From: Blepharisma stoltei ATCC 30299
Lineage: Eukaryota > Protista > Ciliophora
Reading direction: 5' to 3'
Length of the DNA: 64,000 nt
Assembly: GCA_965603825.1 (NCBI GenBank)
Contig: CBFDEM010000053.1
Location: forward strand, 1,450,879 to 1,514,878
The notes beneath the pieces were generated by a model that had not been told where the DNA came from, ran no database searches, and was given only the letters and a program-made list of their open reading frames with translations. Positions 1 through 12,804 of the stretch are shown here, in pieces. The translations under genes were made by a program, and so were the position numbers. How positions within the stretch are numbered: the first letter of the stretch is position 1; each line of letters begins with the position of its first letter.

Positions 1-640
1 ATTCTTCTTCATTAAGATGCTGAGGAGTGTTTTCTAATTCCATGTTAATTTTTTCTAGAGCTTTTATTTCTTCTTCCAGAACTCTCCTTGACTCTAAATT
101 GCTCGATAAATAGTCTAAAAGATGCTTATTTTCTGCCTGGATTTTTTCTTCAGCTGAATCTTCTAGTATTTTAAGCCTCTTCCTAAGCTCGCGATTTTTC
201 TTTTCCGCGGAGATTAAAATTTTTTTCTTGTCTTCTGAGTATGATTTTATAGGTGAATATCGTCTATCATGATCAAAAGTCCTTAACGAATGGGCACTTA
301 TGTCTCTTTTGAACTTGTCTATTAAATTATCAATTTTTTCTATTCGATGTAAGCGGGATTGGCAAGATGGGACTGGGCTCTGCTGAGAAAAGGTTTTCAC
401 GTCAGAGTCATCCGTTGATAATAATTCAAAGCATGTAACTTCTTTCGGAATTTCATTAGGCAAAGAAGGTTTAAATGCATTTGAACTGTGGCATCTTGTT
501 CTCACTGGTGTTGAATCTGGGCTTCTATATTTATTTGCAGATTTTGCAATTGAGCTAGCCGATATTTTTGTATTTTCAGGAGAGTTATAAAAAAGTTCTT
601 GCGAGGACAGCAAATTTCTTTTCGATGATTGGTACGACAT
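1..640 (-). CDS. Hypothetical coiled-coil protein, truncated by the window edge
   Basis: ATG at 640 (MSYQSSKRNLLSSQELFYNSPENTK...). The frame stays open to base 1 and ends in K/E-rich heptads. Not in the ORF track because no stop is inside the window. Confidence 0.7.
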   Translation of the reverse strand, partial: MSYQSSKRNLLSSQELFYNSPENTKISASSIAKSANKYRSPDSTPVRTRCHSSNAFKPSLPNEIPKEVTCFELLSTDDSDVKTFSQQSPVPSCQSRLHRIEKIDNLIDKFKRDISAHSLRTFDHDRRYSPIKSYSEDKKKILISAEKKNRELRKRLKILEDSAEEKIQAENKHLLDYLSSNLESRRVLEEEIKALEKINMELENTPQHLNEEE

Positions 641-697
641 ATTATCAAAATATTCCTTTTAATATCCTGATTCCATATTATTGTTGATATAAATAAA

Positions 698-1408
698 ATG
701 AGGCTTTTTGGCAAGAAAAAGAAGCAAAACATGAAACCTGAAGAGGTTTTGAAAACCATGGAATCTCTCAGAAAAACAATAGAAGATATAGAAAAGCGCT
801 CCACACTACTCCAAAACAAAGCGCAAATGGAACTGCAAAACGCCTTGCAAAGGAAAAAGCAAGGCGACCGTGCAGGTGCGTTAATTTCTTTGAAGCGCAA
901 AAAAATGTATGAAACTGAGGCTTCTAAACTTGAGGGATCTCGAATGAACATCGAACAACAGCTATTTGCCATAGAAGGCGCAAGCATGAATAAAAACATT
1001 TTTGATTCTTTGAAAACAGGAAACCAGGCTCTAAAACAAGTTCATGGGGAAATTAAAATAGAAGATGTGGATAAGCTGAAAGATGAGATGGAAGAACAGC
1101 AAGATTTAGTGCAAGAGCTAAACGAAGCTATTTCGCAGCCTATTGGATTTATGTCGACTGTTGATGAAGATGATTTGCTTAAAGAACTAGACGAAATTGA
1201 AGCCCAAGAGTATGAAAGAGACCTGATTGAAGCTGAGCCCAGCCAAAAAGCAATGGTGAGGCCAGTGGTAGAGCAACCGAGCCTAGAGCTACCAGGAAAA
1301 GAGCAACCACAGGTTTTAAGCAACTTTGCTGGCCCACAACCTCAGCAACCCGTGAAAGCAGCTCAAAATAACGAATTGGACGAACTTTTTAACTCAATGC
1401 AAATGTAA
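698..1408 (+). CDS. SNF7: ESCRT-III Snf7/Vps32 (CHMP4-like)
   Basis: Basic N-half/acidic C-half; motifs ALISLKRKKMYE, IEQQLFAIEGA, VDEDDLLKELDE. Confidence 0.92.
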   Translation: MRLFGKKKKQNMKPEEVLKTMESLRKTIEDIEKRSTLLQNKAQMELQNALQRKKQGDRAGALISLKRKKMYETEASKLEGSRMNIEQQLFAIEGASMNKNIFDSLKTGNQALKQVHGEIKIEDVDKLKDEMEEQQDLVQELNEAISQPIGFMSTVDEDDLLKELDEIEAQEYERDLIEAEPSQKAMVRPVVEQPSLELPGKEQPQVLSNFAGPQPQQPVKAAQNNELDELFNSMQM

Positions 1409-1694
1409 GAGAATTAATAGAAGCTTAAAATTTGAATATTCTGTCGATTTTCTTATCTAATATAGATATTTTATCTTAAGTATACAATACGATCTGATAA
1501 CACCAGGCACTAATTATTTCTTTATGGTTTAATTCTAATAAGCCAATTTATTTAAATATTTCACCAAATCGTTATACATCCCTAGTCTTAAAATCATATT
1601 TTTTCTATTTCATGCAAAAATAACGCCTTATTTACTGGAGTTTTGACGACAATGTATTTTAAGTTATAATAAAATTATCAAATAATTGTATTAG

Positions 1695-2522
1695 TTATAG
1701 CGCCTTAAGCTGAACGCAATCAAATCTAAATTTGAATGAAGAGTCCAGATCTCCGGTAATCCAAATTTCTTCTTTATTTTCCTTGGCGACTGCTTCTGTG
1801 ACCATTTCTCTTTTTTCCATCCCGACATCTACGCAATTGTCTAGACGGACTGTAAAGATACTCGGTAGAAATGAGTTGCTATGATTTTGAGGAAACCAAG
1901 GCTCGAGCCCCAGGTCTTGAATCATATAGCAATTCATATATTTCTTGATCAGAAGCCATTTTTCAACGCATTCTGGTGAATGGAATCCCTTGCAGCACAT
2001 GAAGTCGAATTTGTCGCAAAGGACTTCTGGGTTAAGATCGGCAAATAAGAACTCGACATAGTAATAAAATGACTCTCTAACGCCGATATGAGAGAAAAAT
2101 TCAATACAAAATGTCGAATTAAAACTTTTTTCTAAGTATCGACCTCGAATGCGTTTCTTAAGTTTTCCATCTGTCTTTGGGCCTTTCTCGGTACACGATA
2201 AAGGCTCAAGCACCGTCATGTATTTTTCATAGCAGCCTGCTAGGGCTTGCCAGACTCTCAATGCATTGTATGGATTTCCCCTAATTCTGTTCAATGTCTT
2301 GGATGGGAGCACATTTTTTCTTATCTGGCGAATTGCCCTTTTGAAGCCCCTGATAAGTTTGCACCTAAGGTACTCCTTCTTAGGAGGTGAAGTCTTGAAC
2401 TCCCCGCAAGTATAGAACAATTTGCGTATGTGGGCATCTTTTTTGCTTTTGCGACCTGGATGATGACTAGCTCCGACCTTCACGTGAAGGAGTAGAGGGT
2501 CAATCGATAGAATTCTTTTCAT
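1695..2522 (-). CDS. Hypothetical basic protein
   Basis: 275-aa ORF, ATG to TAA, higher GC than flanks; no family recognised. Confidence 0.7.
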   Translation of the reverse strand: MKRILSIDPLLLHVKVGASHHPGRKSKKDAHIRKLFYTCGEFKTSPPKKEYLRCKLIRGFKRAIRQIRKNVLPSKTLNRIRGNPYNALRVWQALAGCYEKYMTVLEPLSCTEKGPKTDGKLKKRIRGRYLEKSFNSTFCIEFFSHIGVRESFYYYVEFLFADLNPEVLCDKFDFMCCKGFHSPECVEKWLLIKKYMNCYMIQDLGLEPWFPQNHSNSFLPSIFTVRLDNCVDVGMEKREMVTEAVAKENKEEIWITGDLDSSFKFRFDCVQLKAL

Positions 2523-3314
2523 TTTATTATTATAAGCATAATCTTTGCTTGCAAATTAGACTTATTGAATTGAATTTTCGACCATTAGTATTTATGTAAG
2601 GAAGGCAAGCAGAATGGAGGTCTGAATATGGAAATTCATATCTATTTTGAATTTATATGCAGATATAAAAAGATTTCTTAGTTCTGAGATGTTTAAAATT
2701 ACAGCAAAGAATAGAAGGAATATAAATTTTATGCCAGCTTCATTTTTGATTATATATGGATAAACAATTATTTCTTAGAATTTTTAGTATTTTTTGAAAT
2801 TTTTTTATGTAATATTTTGATAATTTACCAAATTAATAAAGATAAAATTACAAGAAGGCTGACTTTTGATTGCGATAAATTGAGAAAATATATAGACTAT
2901 CAGAAGCCTTGACTAGAAATCTAAATTTTAAGTGTAAAACTAAGTAATAGACATATTTATCAGTATTTTCTTTAGAATTCGAAGAGAAGAATTATTTATT
3001 AGATGGATAAATAGGAAGATATTTTCTTCTCAAAGAATAAATTCCAAAATATAAAAATAAAGACAAAATAATGGCAAAAAAAAGACTCTAATAATCTAAG
3101 TCTAAATTATTTTACGAGAGAATTTCTAAAAATTTATAATATTTTGAAGAAGTTATCAGTATTGCATACGGCTTATTCCATAAATTTAAATTAAACCTTA
3201 AGTCTTCTTAAAGCAAAGCTTTTCTGAATCATCCCAAAAATCTAGTTCCTATTATTTTCTTATATATTAAAGCGGCTATAAAATTATATTTAATTAAGCA
3301 AAATTAATATTTAT

Positions 3315-6281
3315 CTAAACTGATTTTTGTTCATTATATCTTGGCATATAATATTTGGTTACTCCTATCTTAAACATCAGTGTCACTAGTAGAGTAGTAG
3401 ATCCTATTAAAATGCAAATCACAAGTTGCTCTATGCTCAAAGGCTCTGTGTTCATAAAATCTCCACCTTTCTGTACCAACAATATTTGACATACAAATTC
3501 AATAGACAAAATCGTTAAAAATTGCCAATTATTGAAAATCCCTGCGAAGACATTGTACTCCTCTGGTCTAATTTTTCTACAGTTAATCTGATTGAATAGC
3601 TGTAGCATTACAAAAATATTGAAACAAAGAGTATAGTGCTCAGATTCTTCTTCAGGCCAATCAGAGTCCCATCCAGCGTCAACGCCAAAAATAGCTGGAC
3701 CCCAGAAAAGCACAACGACTACTACAGTCACTTGATAAACTGACTGAATAATTATATTTGCAATAATTCAAGGTGACAGAATGTACTCATTTTTCCCATA
3801 TGGAGCTGAGTCAAGTACTTTATTATCAGGATCTTGTGTCGCTAAGGCTAAGGCTGCCAAAGAATCCATCATTAAATTAACCCAGAGCATTTGTACTGCA
3901 GTTAAAGGAGAACTTTCTACAGTAATAGCTCCTATCAAGCAGAGCATCAAAGCGACAGTATTTACAGTCAATTGAAATTGCAAATACCGCCTAATATTGA
4001 AATAAATATTTCTACCCCACTTAATTGCTGTGACAATACTTTGGATATTATCATCCAGCAAAATGATATCAGACGCCTCCTTAGCCATAGGAGTTGCAGT
4101 CATCATAGCTATTCCAATATCTGCTCTCTGCAAGGCGGCTGCATCATTAGTCCCATCTCCAGTGACAGCTACAATTCTCCCAAGTCCTCTCATGCCAATA
4201 GTTAAAAGCAACTTATCCTGTGGACTGCATCTAGCCAAAATCCTCAAATGCTCTTCAATTTTCTTGAATTCTTGCTCATTGCCTATTGCGTAGCTAATTT
4301 CGTCCTTTCCTTCTTTTACTATGAGTCCTCCAGTTCTTCTATCAAAATCTTTGCCTAATATAATTGTGTCATTTTCAGGCTTATAGTCATAGTCTGAAGG
4401 AAGGATGCTGCAATGTTTCCCTATTCTTGAGGCTATATCTGGGTTATCCCCAGTAATAATTCTGACAGTCACTCCAGTTTTTCTTAAAGTTTCTATGGCT
4501 TCTTTTGCTTCTGGCCTCACAGGGTCTTCTATACCAAAAATAGCAACAAGTATCATACCGTTAGCGGCGTTATCCATTTCATCTTTATTAGGATTGTCAT
4601 TAAGTCCTAGCTCCTTTACAGAGCCAGCTTTATAAGCGACAGCAATAGTTCTCAACGATTTTTGTGACCACAACATTAATTTCTCCTTAACTTTTTCTTT
4701 CTCTTCTGAAGTAATTTCTATGATACTTCCATCAGAGTTTAGCATGTGTGAGCAGCGTCTCATAATCCTTTCTGGGGCTCCTTTTACATATAAAGCTGAT
4801 TCTTCCGGGTTATCTACGTTAAAAGTGCTCATCATTTTTACGAGTGAATTAAAAGGTACCTGCATGACTTGCGTTTTCATGTTTCTATATTGATGATAAT
4901 TCAGCCCCCAATGCATTAGAAACATAAGCAAAGCGCACTCAGTTCTGTTTCCAGCCTTTTCGATATTCCCATCTACAGAGTGGACATCGGCCGTAGTGTT
5001 TCTTGAGACAGCAATTGCCAAGATTTTGATGACCTCAGGATCGACTTCAGGGACTCTTGTATTGGTCTTTTTCAGCCCAATCAGAACTTTAACAACCTTC
5101 ATCTCATTTTTGGTTAAAGTGCCTGTTTTGTCAATCAGCAGCTCTTGGCAGCCTCCCATGGTCTCACATGCTTTTAGATGTTTGACGAAGATATTTTCTT
5201 CTTTCATTTTTCTCATAGAGAATGCTAAGCTTAATGTGACAGCTAGTGGAAGGCCTTCTGGAATTACTACAACTAATATAGTAATTGCGAAAATAAAAGC
5301 AGTGAACATTTTTTCTGTGCTTTCAGAATCCCAGGTTCCAGCTTCAATTATGTCTGAAAGGATAAATGCTGATAAAGCAATAAAAATCATAATTGCTGCA
5401 ATAGCTCCAACAATCCCGATGTGGACGCCAATTTGGGCTAATTTGTCTTCTAGTGGGGTAGCCTCATCTGAATACTGTTGTAGAATAAGTTTGTGATGTT
5501 TGCCAAGGGTGGAATTTTTGCCTACACAACAAACAATCATTTCTCCAGTCCCTTCAACTACAGACGATCCAGATATGATAAATGGGTCGTCAGCTCCTTT
5601 TTCAATTGTCTTGCTCTCTCCAGTCAGTGCACTTTCGTCTACAGTAACTCCATAAGATCTCACTAAAATCCCATCAGCAGGGGCAATGTCTCCTGGGTTT
5701 AAGTACATTAAATCCCCAACAACCAAATCATTAACCCAGGTTTCTTCTAATTCGTCATTTCTTACGACATTTACATAATGCCTTTTGGTGTCTGAATTTA
5801 GCCTTCTGAATTGTAGCTCTTTAAAATAGTCTTGAACAGTGAAAACAGTGATAACTATGAAAATTGATATAAAAATGGCACAGCCTTCATATCACCCTTC
5901 ACTTGAATCTTCAACCAAGCCTATTGCGAGGGATACTATACCTGCAAATAGTAAAAGCTGTATAACGAAATTTTTAAATTGGTCACATATGATTTTTCAT
6001 ATAGATGTAGGTGGCTGCATATATGGTTTGTTATCCCCAAAGCTGAATAGTAATTACGTTTTTTGACGACATTGTATGTCATATTCAGTGCATATTAAAC
6101 CAGATTTCTCACTTGTGCATAATGCATTGCATAGCCAGTCAATACCGCCGAGCCTATTGAGATTTTTTAAGCTTTGACCGTCGTGGATTGCATGAGTATC
6201 GAAAAGTGTGCTGAGTAATTGTTACATTAGTTCGTCTGGAGTTGTTCCAAAGTTATTAGCAAGTAGATTATCTTCCTCCAT
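3315..6281 (-). CDS. Plasma-membrane-type Ca2+-ATPase (P2B/PMCA), ~978 aa, two 15-nt introns
   Basis: DESALTGES, PEGLPLAVT, DKTGTLT, TGDN, GDGTNDA, QMLWVNLMMDSLAALALAT. Pieces join via UGA=Trp (EG*YEG at 5892-5894; SP*II at 3768-3770) and introns 6211-6225 and 6043-6057. Confidence 0.92.
6043..6057 (-). other. 15-nt intron (GTAATTACTATTCAG) in PMCA
   Basis: GT..AG with an in-frame TAA; removal restores RQKT/FGDN. Confidence 0.85.
6211..6225 (-). other. 15-nt intron (GTAACAATTACTCAG) in PMCA
   Basis: GT..AG with an in-frame TAA; removal keeps the frame from ATG 6281. Confidence 0.8.
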
Positions 6282-6923
6282 TATCCGTTTTACAATAATA
6301 AATAAAGTACTTTAAGTGAAATACATGAGAACTTTGAATAAAATTTGTGGCTTAGGAGTCAGCCGCTTTTTATAAGCAGTTAGTATCCAATCCTTAGATA
6401 AAAAGTAAAAAAATCAGATTTATAGTGTCGTATTAATATGATATTTATTTTTAAATTTAAAATTTTATGATATTATATAATTTCTGGTAAAATTCGCTTT
6501 TAAATCAAATCACTGATTGAATTATAAGTTTTACCAGATTATAATGACTAATTTTAGAAGAAACGAGAATAAAAGTGTATATTGCAAATTTGTGGTGAAA
6601 TATATCAGAAGTTGGAAGAAATTTAAGTGCTTTGCATATAGTTTATTAGTAAATATTATAAAGAGACTTCTAGATTTTCAAAAATAGATTAAATAATATG
6701 ATAAAATTTTAGCATAATAAGTATGGATTGGGTTTCATTAAATTTATGCATTAAGCAAAAATGCCAGGCGTCATAATTCGATATTATGCTTCTATTTTTA
6801 CTATTTTTTCTTAGTCAAGCTTTCAAATAAAATTATCAATATGAAGCTTATCTCCTATATTAGAAGAAATCTAATATTTCTCGTTAATTCTATTTATGCA
6901 TGCTGCTCTCTATAGTTATTTAA

Positions 6924-8435
6924 ATGGAACATAAGCGTAGGCCGCACTCATCATATTCAGCAGCATCTCATAAAAGCTCACAAAACCACGAATCTAACGC
7001 AGATCAACTCCAACGCCAACTAGAAGTTTTTACATTTCAACTCGAAAAAGAAAAACGCCAATCATCTGTTCTTGATGGCCGTATACGCATCACTGCTGAA
7101 GATTTATCAAAGCCTGGCCTTCCAGTCCGTTCGTCCACTCCAATGCCAATGTCCTCAGTAGGTATAACTCGTGAAATAAAAAAACTCGAAAAACAATTGC
7201 AGTTAGAGACAAAATATCTGAATGAAACCCAAACTGAAAATGAAAATCTAAAAGGAGAAATCAACGTTCTAAGGCGTGAAAGAATCTTATACAAAGATAT
7301 GTTTAAAAGGCTTCAAAACGATATTTCATTTTCCTCTGTAAAAGCTGGAGAGCTGCATGAAGAAGTTGGAGAGAATTCATTTTACCAAGAAGCAGTTCAA
7401 AAAAGAGCTATAAGAATTCGTGCTCAGAGTGCCAATATAAAGAGCAAGTACATTAGCAGGATGGAAGAGCTCAGCGAAGCCATCAAGGAGAAAAAAAATC
7501 AGAAAAAAGATTATGAAATGGAACTAGAAGAGAGACTCAAGCAAAGCGCAAATATCGCGAACGATATGGCAGTGTCTAATGCAGTGCTAAAAAAGACAGA
7601 AAATATTTGAAAAGAGAAATGCAAAGAAAAGAGAAAAGCCCTTGATCAGTATTTAAGAAGAATTAAAACAATGAAAAGTGGATTTTTTGAAATTCGGTTA
7701 GCAACAGGATATGATAGCTACGACGACGTAGTCACTGTTTTTATTAAAAGTGAAGAGCAGCAGCACGAAATGCTTTCGAACTTGACAAATCTTAACTCAG
7801 AAATCGAGTTTCTTGAAGAAGTCTGTAACAGGCTTAATAAAGAAATTCAGTCAAACAACGAGAATAAAACAGGGCATGAGCAGATTTTGAAGGATCAAAT
7901 GTTAAGGGTCCAGAACGAAAACAAAAATCTGCAAGAAAGAAGCAAAATTGAATATGAAAAATCAATATGCATAGAAAGCTCAGTGTTAGCATTATCCACA
8001 TATATTAAAATGATCCATGAGCTCTTAGTTTCAGCGAGCTTAAACACAAGACTAGAGAAGCCACCCAATATCAAGGATGAGACTGACATAGAAAATATTC
8101 AGGATCACTTAGGTTTACTAGAAGATTTAATCACCCAGCTTACAGTCTGCAATTCTTTTCTTCGCGAAGAAGCATCCCCTGCCTTAAAAGCGGTCCCAGT
8201 CCATTCTTTACCTCCTAAGGAATTCGATATCCCACCTGTTTCTTTGCTAGCTAACCAATTTGCTTATCTTGAAGAAAAAGAAGAGACAACCCAAGAAGAA
8301 TTTTCAACCCCATTGAAACGTAAAGACTTCATTAATAAAGCCCTCAAAATCATGAAGGAAGAAATCGACTGGTCAAGTTATTCGCCAAAACCAGTATCCG
8401 CAGAAGGAAAAAATAAACCTAAATTACATGTATAA
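6924..8435 (+). CDS. Outer dynein arm docking complex ODA-DC2/CCDC114-like coiled-coil protein (~503 aa)
   Basis: Two track ORFs are in frame across TGA 7608-7610; FEIRLATG..DDVVTVFIKSEEQ..LTNLNSEIEFLEE resembles the ODA-DC2 conserved block. Confidence 0.65.
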
Positions 8436-8471
8436 ACTTAGTATAAATTATTATTTATAACGGAACTAGAA

Positions 8472-10196
8472 ATGTCTGCTAATTGGGAATCTTACAATTA
8501 TGACCCTGCTAAAGTGTTGGAAATCCAAGCAAGTTATCTTAGATTTTTGGCTTCTTTATATCCGACTGGATCGCCCGCAAATGCCTCAAACCCTATTCAA
8601 GATCCTTTATTACAATCATTAAATAACCCGATATTATCTCCGAATTTAGAGCTGCAAAGCATCAGATCGCCATTAGGACAAACATTTAGAAGTATGTCGC
8701 CCCCTTTAAGCAGCAGAAGGGAAGCCAAAGAAAGCCCAGAAAGACAAGAAAGGCCAAAAAATCCATATGATGATGTGCCTGTTAAACAGGTACAAAAAAC
8801 TTTTGAAGAATTATTAGAAGAGCAGCTTAATAAAGAGAACGGTAAGAAGGTAATCAATAGCAGAATCCCTGCTAAAAAAGTAGAAGAAGTGCCAAAAAAA
8901 GTAGGAGAAGTACCGAAAAAAGAAAATCCAAAAAGAAAATTGTCAGGAGGGATAATCCAGCAAGTACCAAAAAGGACTTTGGAGCTGAAATTATCAAATA
9001 TTGTGAGGACTAGTGAGACTACAGAAGAAACACAAAGAGAAAATAAAAACAGTGCAAAAAATAGAGAAAAATCGCCCCCATTTCTGAAGAGAGGCCAAGG
9101 ACAGTTGTGCAGCCAAATTCGAGCTGTTTCCTCACCTAAAATTAGGCCATTGCAATCAGCTCGCATTCTGCAGCGATCTTCATCAATTGGAGATAAATTA
9201 TCTTCAAAAAATACAACTCCAGTGAAAAAAGTCAGAAAATTAGAAGCACTTAATACAGAAAGAGCTGAGAAAACTGAATTGGCTATACAAATTGAAAAAT
9301 TTAAAAGAGAAAGCTTGAAATTAAAATCCATTGCAGATGAATTAGAAAAAAGAAAGAAAAAGCTTGAAGAGGAGGAAAAAGCTTTTCACATCATGAAGAA
9401 AAAAGAAATGGATGAATTTGAAAGTTGAAAAAAAGAAGAAACTAAAAAAATCCATATGAATGGCAAAAAAATTAATAGCAAAGAAGACGAGGTTGAAGCA
9501 TTAAAAAGAGCTATTCAAAGGCTGCAAGATATAGCAAAAACCAAAGATGCAAAATACGAAGAAACTATAGATAAGCTCAAAAAGCATATTGATGAGCTTA
9601 ATAAAAAAGTAAAGTTTTATGAAAATAAACCAGAAAAAGAAATAAGTGAAGATATTTATAAAATCAGCCCACAGAAAAAGCCTCTGAATCAAGAAATTTT
9701 TGAAGGAAATCATAAAAGACAAGATAGCCTTCCTAAGATTGTAAGTGAGTCTAAAACAGATGATGGAAAAATTCAACGTGTTTATTCTGATGGCAAAAAA
9801 GAAATTTTATTCACAAATGGCGTCAGAAGGGAAATTTTTCCGAATGGCTATAGTGTGGTTTACTATTCAAATAATGATATAAAGCAAAATTTTCCTGATG
9901 GAAAAATTATATATTTTTATTCTGAAGCACAAACCACACAAACAACTATGCCAGATGGGCTCCAAATTTATAAGTTTTCCAATGGGCAAATAGAGAAACA
10001 TTTTCCAGATGGCACCAGAGAAATAACTTTTCCAGATGGGACTATAAAATGTGTATTCGCTGATGGAGAAGAAGAAACAGTCTTTACTGATGGGACAATT
10101 CAGAAAAAAGATGCTCAAGGTGTTAAATATATGGAATTTCCGCAAGATGAAAAAAATAAAATGCCAAGAGAGAGTGATTTAGCGATTGATGAGTAA
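8472..10196 (+). CDS. SAS4: Centriolar SAS-4/CENPJ (TCP10 C-terminal domain) (~574 aa)
   Basis: Joined across TGA 9426-9428; FEELLEEQL, PFLKRGQG and repeated FPDG beta-hairpin (G-box) C-terminus. Confidence 0.85.
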
Positions 10197-10445
10197 TTTT
10201 ATTTTTGTAAATTTTTCTAATACAGATTCTTTCCTTTAATCTTCATAATTTCTTTTTATAGTTAATTCGATTTATATTTACATTTATTTATCTTATAATA
10301 GGTTTATAATTTTCTTTCATCCATCCCATGGCTGCTGATTTAATATAAAAAAAATGAACTCACAGAAAGGATTGAAAAAACCTTTAAGTCTAGAATATTG
10401 GATTATTCAAGTATAAAATAATGCTTCTAATTATCAATTTTATTT

Positions 10446-10841
10446 TTAAATATCATTTTCATTACTCGAATTCCCTGAAAAGCTTGCTTTCCTATTTCTA
10501 GCTTCAATTGCTTTCGCAAATAGCCCGTTTGATCTGATACTAATATTATTATCATTTTCAGTCAATGCGTTCTTCAATGATTCACATTCATCATTCAGGG
10601 CGTTCACAGCTGATTTCATGCTATCTATTTTCTTTTGCAGTGAAAACGAATATCCCTTGAGCATTTTAATTAGGTGAGCATCTTCTTCTTTTTCACGTAG
10701 CAAGTTTTCTATTATAGCTTTTTCTTCTTTAGGCTGAGTGCATTCGTTTTCATAATTTTCTTCTATTATATCAGCAAGAGGCGATGATATAATTCTTTCA
10801 AAGCAAGATTGGGAGCGAGCTACTATAGGTACTTCAAACAT
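10446..10841 (-). CDS. Hypothetical small coiled-coil protein
   Basis: 131-aa ORF, ATG to TAA. Confidence 0.65.
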   Translation of the reverse strand: MFEVPIVARSQSCFERIISSPLADIIEENYENECTQPKEEKAIIENLLREKEEDAHLIKMLKGYSFSLQKKIDSMKSAVNALNDECESLKNALTENDNNISIRSNGLFAKAIEARNRKASFSGNSSNENDI

Positions 10842-11304
10842 TTATTTTTTTAATTATTAAGCAGTTTTTTGAAAAAGAAAGCGAGAGAAAGTTTATAATG
10901 GGTGATTATATTTAGCCACATTGATTTTAAGCAAGAGAATTATATGTGAATTTAAATCCATATTTTTGGGTATGGTCTTTATTTAGAAACGTGTCAGAAT
11001 ACGAAGTATATAAGAATTTATAGACTGAGTAAAGAATTTTTGAATTATAATTCGAAAGAAAGCCCAATCTGGCTGTACCAAAAATATTTTATTTTTATTT
11101 GCAGATAATTGCTAGAAATTAAATTCATTTCCTATCCTATTAATTTCTAAAACAACTTAACTTTCAATGCGATTAAATTATTTTTCTTTCATATTTTCTA
11201 TATATAATTTTAATTTATGGGTTTTTGCAAATTTAAAATTTACTTCCAATATTTTTCAAATTAAATTTATATCCAAAATTGACTTATTCTAAAAATTCCA
11301 TATA

Positions 11305-12795
11305 ATGAGTTTTGCTCCAGCTAAAAAATCTCTCTCGTATCGCCCTCCTTCCAATTCCTCTTCATCTCAAAAAAAATCTGCTCCTCGCCCTATTCAGCAA
11401 CGTCCTGCAGACCCACTTCTTCAGCGTCTTACTCTTCTTGAAGATGTGGTTGCTAACCTACAGCTTCAGCACGACACATTTATCCCTCTCTTACAACTAA
11501 TAGGTCAAGTAGACAATGTTTTAGAACTCGAAAGTGAAGCCAAGACCCTAGTTTCTGCTATTTCTGACTTAGAAAGCCATTGCAGTGAGCAGCAGAAGCT
11601 TGTTAAAGAAATCAATGCTCAATCTCAAAGCATTCAAATCCCAACGTCTCTTGCTGATGGAGAAGGGGCTGGAGTCCGTCCACTCTCAGAAATGCAGAAA
11701 ACATTAACTGACATTGAAACTCATTCAAATTCTATAGCAGCAAAACAAAAAGTTACCTTGAAAAAACAAGAAGTTTCTAGCAGGGAAGAGATGCTGAGAA
11801 CTATGCAGGAGCTGGAAAATGAAGTCCAAGAAGTCAAAAAAGAAGTTGTTGAGCTGCATGGAGAGTTTATTAAAGGAAATTTCAAAGAAATTGGAAATTT
11901 AGAAGAAAGGGCCAGCAATGCAAGATCAAGAGTTAAAGATGATATTGGGCAAGTAGAAACTGCGTTAGAAGACCATGCACTTTATGGAGGAAAAGGAGGA
12001 GATAACTGGCTATTAGAAGAATTAAACCATAGGGTTGATGACTCTATTTCTGAGCTCAATGAATATTTGGATTATAAACATAGACAGCTTGAAGTTTTTT
12101 TCAAACAAGAATTATTATCGCTAAAAAATCAGCATGAAAAGCTATCTTCAGATTTAGCAAGCATTGAAGCTTATAGAAACGTAGCAGATCCAGCCAAAGA
12201 ACTTACAGCACTTAATGAAAAAATAAAAAATCTGCTCCAAGCAATTGAAAAATTTTCAGACAATTTTGTGATGATGAATGACGTGACGATATCACTAAAC
12301 CAAAGCTTAGTCGATCTTAATGATAAAGCAAGAAGGTATATTAAAACTTATAGAACTACGGACCAATCAAAACAAAATGAGCTTTTCGGAACTGCCAAAG
12401 TTGATTTTGATCAATGGCTCAAAGGATCTTGGTATCAAGTTGAAGCTTTAAGAGAAAATATTGAAAACCTCGACGTCAATATAAATTCAAATTTCTTTAA
12501 ACTGACTGAATTCTTCCAGCGGCAAGATAAAGTAAAAGGCGATGCTGAAGGCCCAGGTAAGCCGAGAATTGAAGACTTAAAGCCTAAAGCAAACTCCACA
12601 AAATCAAAATTCGAAGAAAAACAAGAAAGTTTGCACATAGAGCTGGACAACCTCAAGAAAAGACTATTTGGCCTCTGGAAAGCCATAAATAAAGAAACCA
12701 ACTTTAACATTGTCTTTCCTTCCAAGAACGCAAGTGACCAAGAAATATTTAGGAACGCAAGAGATGATTTAATCTCAGACTCAATCAATAGTTAA
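11305..12795 (+). CDS. Hypothetical coiled-coil protein
   Basis: 496-aa ORF with heptad pattern. Confidence 0.8.
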   Translation: MSFAPAKKSLSYRPPSNSSSSQKKSAPRPIQQRPADPLLQRLTLLEDVVANLQLQHDTFIPLLQLIGQVDNVLELESEAKTLVSAISDLESHCSEQQKLVKEINAQSQSIQIPTSLADGEGAGVRPLSEMQKTLTDIETHSNSIAAKQKVTLKKQEVSSREEMLRTMQELENEVQEVKKEVVELHGEFIKGNFKEIGNLEERASNARSRVKDDIGQVETALEDHALYGGKGGDNWLLEELNHRVDDSISELNEYLDYKHRQLEVFFKQELLSLKNQHEKLSSDLASIEAYRNVADPAKELTALNEKIKNLLQAIEKFSDNFVMMNDVTISLNQSLVDLNDKARRYIKTYRTTDQSKQNELFGTAKVDFDQWLKGSWYQVEALRENIENLDVNINSNFFKLTEFFQRQDKVKGDAEGPGKPRIEDLKPKANSTKSKFEEKQESLHIELDNLKKRLFGLWKAINKETNFNIVFPSKNASDQEIFRNARDDLISDSINS

Positions 12796-12804
12796 TTTAA
12801 AGAT